Part shown: positions 58,940-64,000 of the stretch, one piece after another
Position numbering within the stretch: position 1 is the first letter of the stretch
Layout of the letters: every line of letters starts with the position of its first letter
Assembly: GCF_036321535.1 (NCBI RefSeq)
Contig: NC_087450.1
Span: forward strand, 9,176,001-9,240,000
Direction: 5' to 3'
Length of the DNA stretch: 64,000 bases
Origin: Camelus dromedarius
Taxonomy: Eukaryota
Program-made: the position numbers and the translations under genes
Notes under the pieces: model-generated
The model's input: the letters and a program-made list of their open reading frames with translations, nothing else
Told to the model about the DNA's origin: nothing
Database searches by the model: none

Positions 58940-59607
58940 GCTTCCACCTACAGCCCCCTGAAGACCACAGTCTCCTCTACCGCCAGCCGCCCCGCCCCTG
59001 CCACCTCTGCCGCCACCACCATGGCCCCAGTCCGGCCCATCTTCGCTGCTGCCACCATCATTCCACGACCGGAGCTTCCATCCGGTGAGACCTCTGCCAA
59101 CTAGCGCCCAGGTTGTTCTGTCCTACCAATCTGCATCATGCTCTGACAGGCGGGCCAATAGGAAGGATCACAGGCCTCTCCCTGTGACCAATCCGCAGCA
59201 GCGCCTCCGCCACTCTCCCAGACAACAAGAGCTTGCACAAAGAGTGGGGCAAGGTTCGACCCAGCGCCCTGATTGACAGCGACAGCAGCCAATACAGACA
59301 ACAGAACAGGGTCTGAGCTATCAACCAATGAACGGCCGTCCAGAACAGCGACGTATCCACTGCTTGGTTCAAACCCTATTTTCGGGATGATGCCAAACGC
59401 CCGACCACGGCAGGTAGTCCCGCTGGAAGAGGCGGGGTCCCAAAAGTCCGCTAGACTCCGGAATCGGAGCAGCTACTCTTCTTGGGCCTGGTGGACCTTT
59501 CCCAGGCGTCGACGCAAGCTCTGGTGGGGGCAAGACGTGTGCACAGGGAATTGGCCTGCCCAACCCCCAACCCCCCAATTCTGTACAAGTCAAGGCATCG
59601 GAGGACT

Positions 59608-59613
59608 TTTAAT
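59608..59613 (-). terminator. Probable INO80B polyadenylation signal ATTAAA
   Basis: TTTAAT on the plus strand about 60 nt past the stop. Confidence 0.65.
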
Positions 59614-59673
59614 AGGTTGGGGAAGACACTGAAACCTGGGGAGAAGGCGCACAGTCCGGGTTGGGTGAGGGCC

Positions 59674-61091
59674 TTAAGTAGCCAAAAGTGGGGATCCGGG
59701 GCCCTCAGGCCCACCCAGCCGCATCTGCAGGTTGATGCGGTAACACTGAAGGCTGCAGAGTGCCTGGCCCGTGCGGGAGCAGGCGTAGCGGCGCGGATGG
59801 GGGCAGCCGGGAACAGAGCATCGAGGAGGAGGGCCAGGTGGGGATGGCCTTGGAGACACAGGCGCGGGGGCAGGGACGCCAGGTGGGAAGGAAAGGGTGG
59901 AACCCTGTGCCCCACTGCTGTAGCGCACCATAGGGGCCGGGGCTGCAGCCCGCCCTCCCCGCCGCTCGCCCCGGGTGGCCCCTCGGCCTCCCCGGCCGCT
60001 GGGCGCTGCAGTCTTGGTGAGGCGCTCGATAGTCTGGTTCTTGTGCTCCTCCGCCCGCCGCGCTGCCTGCAGCCGCCTCTTCCGAGCCCGCTCCTCGCGC
60101 TTCAGCAGCATCTCCTCGGTGAGGGCGGGGGCTGGGCAGACCCCAGCCACAGGCAGTGACAGCATGGGGGAAGGCTGACTCCTTGCCTTCTGTAGCAGAG
60201 CTCGCTGGGGAGAGACAAATAAGATGATGTCAGAAAATGGAGAAGCGGGGTCCGCCTGAACGGAGGAGGGGGAAGAGGGGACATGGAGAGCAGGCCTTGA
60301 GAAAAGGGGTGAACTGAGCACCCTCTCCTGGAAGCCCTTAATATGGCCTCCTCCCAGGTCTCCAGACTTCACCTTTAGATCCCTGACTCTCAAAGGGAAA
60401 AGCACTAGCAATTAATGTTACCTCCTTGCTCTGCATACCAAAACTCTGTACCAGCTTTCTGTTGTTGTTTTAAATCTTTTTATCTCAATGGATAGCATCA
60501 GTTGGATAAGTGCTCAAAGCCCAAAACTCAGGGTTATCCTTAATCTCTCCTTCCCTCAACAAGTGTCTATTTCCAAAATATATCCAGAATGCATAAGATT
60601 TTCTCCATCTCCACGACTTCACCTTGGTTCAAGCCACCACTGTCTCTTATCTGACTACTTCAACAGCTTCCTAGCTGTCCTTGCTTCTAGCCATTACCCC
60701 CTCTGAGAAACTAAAGTGATCTACTGAAATTAAATCAAATATATCACTTCTCTGCATACAACCCTTTCGTGGTAATCACAGTTGTTTTTTTAAAAAACTG
60801 AAGTATAGTCAGTCTACAATGTGTCAATTTCTGGTGTGCAGCATAATGTTTCAGTCCTACATATACAAACATACATTCGTTTTACACTTATTCTTCTTCT
60901 TGACCATAATTAGGCACGTTCCACTCTCAGGGTCTTTGCACTTGTTGATCTGCCTGAAAAGCCTCTCTGGTCTTGGAAATGTTATCTCTTTAGAGATACG
61001 TTGTTTCTTTTCTACTACTTTCTATTTCATCGTCCTATTTTTGTTATACACCTTACAGTTTTTCAAATTATTTGTTTATTTATACCCCCAG

Positions 61092-61125
<34 letters not shown>

Positions 61126-62422
61126 AATACCAGCTCCATGAGAACAGAAACTGTCTTTTCTCCACTGCCAATATCCCCTCTGCCTACCAAAGTTCTCAGG
61201 ACGTGGAAAGTTCTCAATACATATTGGGCAAGTGAATCAAGAATGAACCAAATTACCTGTCTAGCAGTGAGCAGCCGTTCGTTGATCTCCTTCTTGAGAT
61301 CTCCATTGTCATCCAGCTCCCCCTTCTCCAAGGCATCCAGCCACCTCTGTTCTTCCTCTTCCTCCTGACCCCCTAAGCTCCCCGACAGGTCCCGAAGTGG
61401 GGAGGGGGACAGATTACTGTCTTCATCTGGAAAGGAAAGTTGGAGAGCTAAAAGTAGAACTGTTCAGATGGAGAACCCCAATTTGGGCAATACTGGGACA
61501 CTCAAAATTCTCACCTTCCTCAGAACTACACCTCTTCCCCTAACCAGGTATAATGAGAAACCCAGTTTCCCCACCTCCAGATCCCGTCTCACCCAGCCAG
61601 GCACGGTACTGCTCAAGGGGGACTCCTTCCACAGGTTCCTCTTCATTGTCCACAACCATAAGGGGAGAGGGTGAGCGAGGGCCCTCAGGGATCACAGTGA
61701 AGGTAGGAACACTGCAGAGAAGCAACCACTCTGTAAGCTGAGCAATCATCTCTTCCTACTCAGTACATCTAGCCTTCCCTACACCCTCTTAGGTTCTTGC
61801 CGCATTAACCTGGTCCCTGAAGTCACAGCGTCCATTCCCTGCCTTCTGGAAAGCCCAACCAGCTTCTTCTTCTCTGTCTACCTGCTCCTAAAGACCCCAA
61901 GCAAAACCTTGGCTCTCCTGGCTCACCTCTTGGTGCCCAGGACCTGCCCGCCCAGCTTGATTTTAAGTTTGAGCTGGGGCTTGGCAGGAGACGGCTGTGT
62001 GGGCCCAGCCTCCTCTTCCTGGTAGTGTTTCTTCTTGTGTTTCTTCTTGTGCTTCTTGTGCTTTTTCTTGTGCACTCCGTGGCCGTGAGCACCCGCCAGA
62101 CTCAACTCCAGGGCTTCCCCTGCGGAAGGAGAGCCTGTCAATGGTGAACAGCTGCAGCGGGGCAGGGAAACCCCTGAAGAACCCAACACCCTGAGGCGGC
62201 TTGGTCTTCCCGCGGTACACGCTATTACCATAACAACAGCCCCGCCTTTCTCCGCCCCGCCTTTCTCCGTCCCACCTGTGGCGAGGTACCCACGAAGCTC
62301 CGAGGAGCAAGAAAGGGACTCCTTTCCTGTGAAGGCCTAAGTTGCTTTCTCTACCCGAGCTTACCCGGCTCGGGGACCTCCATAGCCCCAGAGGTGCTCC
62401 CGCGCCGCCACAGCTTACTCAT
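59674..62422 (-). CDS. INO80B: INO80 complex subunit B (IES2/PAPA-1), 356 aa
   Basis: Exons 62422-62365, 62119-61927, 61711-61593, 61426-61257, 60204-59674 = 1071 nt. HKKKHKKHKKKHKKK basic run, PAPA-1 domain (LTEEMLLKREERARKRRLQA...TIERLTK), zf-HIT (CSVPGCPHPRRYACSRTGQALCSLQCY). Confidence 0.98.
60440..61230. mobile_element. L2 remnant interrupted by a younger L1 3' end (about 60785-60895) in INO80B intron 4
   Basis: L2-like body and tail (CCAGCTCCATGAGAACAGAAAC...GTTCTCAATACATATTG); inserted TTTTTTAAAAAACTGAAGTATAGTCAGTCTACAATGTGTCAATTTCTGGTGTGCAGCAT is a reverse L1 terminus. Confidence 0.65.
61091..61124. repeat. Compound microsatellite (GC)5(AC)12
   Basis: GCGCGCGCGC followed by ACACAC..., read directly. 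Confidence 0.95.
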
Positions 62423-63472
62423 GGGGCCCAGCAAGGAAAGGGGGCTGGAAATAGTTGGGACACAGGCAGACATACATTTTCCGCCCCGCGGAAGAACTGA
62501 TTCCAGCAAATAACGGGCTACATCCGGTGTGTAGCGACCATACTTGTGCGGGGCACTCTGCAGCTAAAATCCTCCCGGAGAAACAACGGTTCTTCTAACA
62601 AGAGTTCCGCGCCCTCTGAGGCCGGGACCGCTCAAAGGGGCGCGGCTTTCTGCTCGCTCCGCCTCCCCACAATCGTGATCCGAACTCACAGCTGGCGATT
62701 CAATTATTATTACACTCAAGCGTGGTGAGCGTATATTCCGGACCAAATTTGGGGCTATGCTATGAGGATACAAAGATGAATACGAACTCTTCGGTCTGCC
62801 TTTGAGGAGTTTACAGTTCGGCGGAGGAATTAGAAACTATATTGCCGGCAAAATGGCAAAAGGGCTTAACATCACATGTGCCCTACAAGCAGAGCAAATG
62901 ATATTTCAGCCTAAATTCTCATCAGTAGAGAAATGGATAAATGAATTGTGGTGCGTCTATCTAATCTGGAACACCATGTTGCTAACAAAGGCTGAGGTGA
63001 TAAGTAATTGACGAGATTGTTCCAACTAAAAATTGCCACTTGCCATGTACCCCTGCTTGAATTAAATCATGAGCCTCTGCAGCTGTTGACCTCCAGCACT
63101 CCCTGAAAGGAGTTCAGTTGACATGGAATTTAAGTCCTATTGAGTAATAGCATTGGAAACAAAGTGTGCCTCTAATGAGGCACCAAAGTGATTTGGTACA
63201 TGGATTTGATACATCCATACAATGGGAACTATGCTGCTACTAAAAGAAATGAGGCCCCAGAAGGCTACCCAAGAAACTGGTGACAGCCATCCGATGGATG
63301 GTTGGGGTAATGAGGGTGAGGGGAGACGTTCTTCATAATATTTTGTGCCTATTGAACTCTGTACAAAATGTGCATGTTTTACCTAATTTGAAAAAAAAAA
63401 AAGGAACAAGGTAGGTCTGTGTGTGCTAACATATGAAGTAAGAAAAGCAAGTTTCAAGATGATGTGATCCCA

Positions 63473-63571
63473 CTTTGTGCTGCACACCAGAAACTGACAC
63501 AGTGTAACTGACTGCACTTCAATTTTAAAAAAGTCACCGAGATGGATAATAAATTATTAAAATTTTTTTTA
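63473..63571 (+). mobile_element. 5'-truncated L1 insertion with 17-bp TSD
   Basis: TSD AAGATGATGTGATCCCA at 63456-63472 and 63572-63588; insert starts with the L1 terminus GCTGCACACCAGAAACTGACACAGTGTAACTGACTGCACTTCAATT, matching in reverse the L1 end seen near 60790-60840. Confidence 0.85.
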
Positions 63572-64000
63572 AAGATGATGTGATCCCATTTTAAAAGGCA
63601 TACTATGCTACTACATACATAACAAAAAAATGAGGAATGTATACTATACCGTAAATGGTGATTACCTTTAGAAGCTAAAGTTGGGAAACTTTCACTGTGT
63701 AGATCTGTAGTGAATTTCCTTTCCTTTCCTTTTTTTATTTTAAAATATTGCTTAGTGTTTTTTAAAATGAATTTTCTTACAGCCAATTTGTATCATACTT
63801 ATATTTAGAAAAAAGCACCACCTATATACAGATATATAAATATATATGAGATGCATGTCTGAACAAGGTAGCAGCAGGGAGCAAAATAAGGGATGAACTG
63901 ATTCCAGAGACACTTCATTGATGAAATTTTAAGAAGTTCATGAACAATTATATATGAAAATTAAGGAAGAACTCAGTGTAGTTTAGTGATTAAGATTAAG

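Noticed and set aside
59482-60159. 225-aa plus-strand ORF
   Set aside because: Antisense shadow of INO80B exon 5.

Overview
Mammalian genomic DNA. The tRNA-derived SINE family (Vic-1-like) points to a camelid. The window is syntenic to human 2p13.1. Gene order: HTRA2 (-, exons 1-6, 3' end outside the window), AUP1 (+), DQX1 (+), TLX2 (-), PCGF1 (+), LBX2 (+), TTC31 (-), CCDC142 (+), MRPL53 (+), MOGS (+), WBP1 (-), INO80B (-). I reconstructed exon structures by hand from GT-AG sites and frame continuity; all reading frames are intact where the sequence is resolved. Four N-gaps are present, two of them inside coding exons (TLX2 exon 3, MOGS exon 2). Intergenic and intronic DNA holds young TSD-flanked SINEs, L1/L2/MIR remnants and MER/Tigger DNA-transposon MITEs. 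I found no convincing wholly new gene system; the long unassigned ORFs are GC-rich shadow frames. The best leads: HTRA2 IAP-binding motif AVPS replaced by SVLG; an open in-frame AUP1 intron 3; a WBP1 uORF that doubles as a possible alternative first exon, plus a U12-like donor; a promoter-like cassette at the TLX2 3' end; a non-coding counterpart of the human LBX2 upstream exon with antisense splice donors; a MIR-derived TTC31 poly(A) signal; an L1 fragment with a probable 3' transduction. Comparisons with human proteins come from recalled sequences and need an alignment to confirm.
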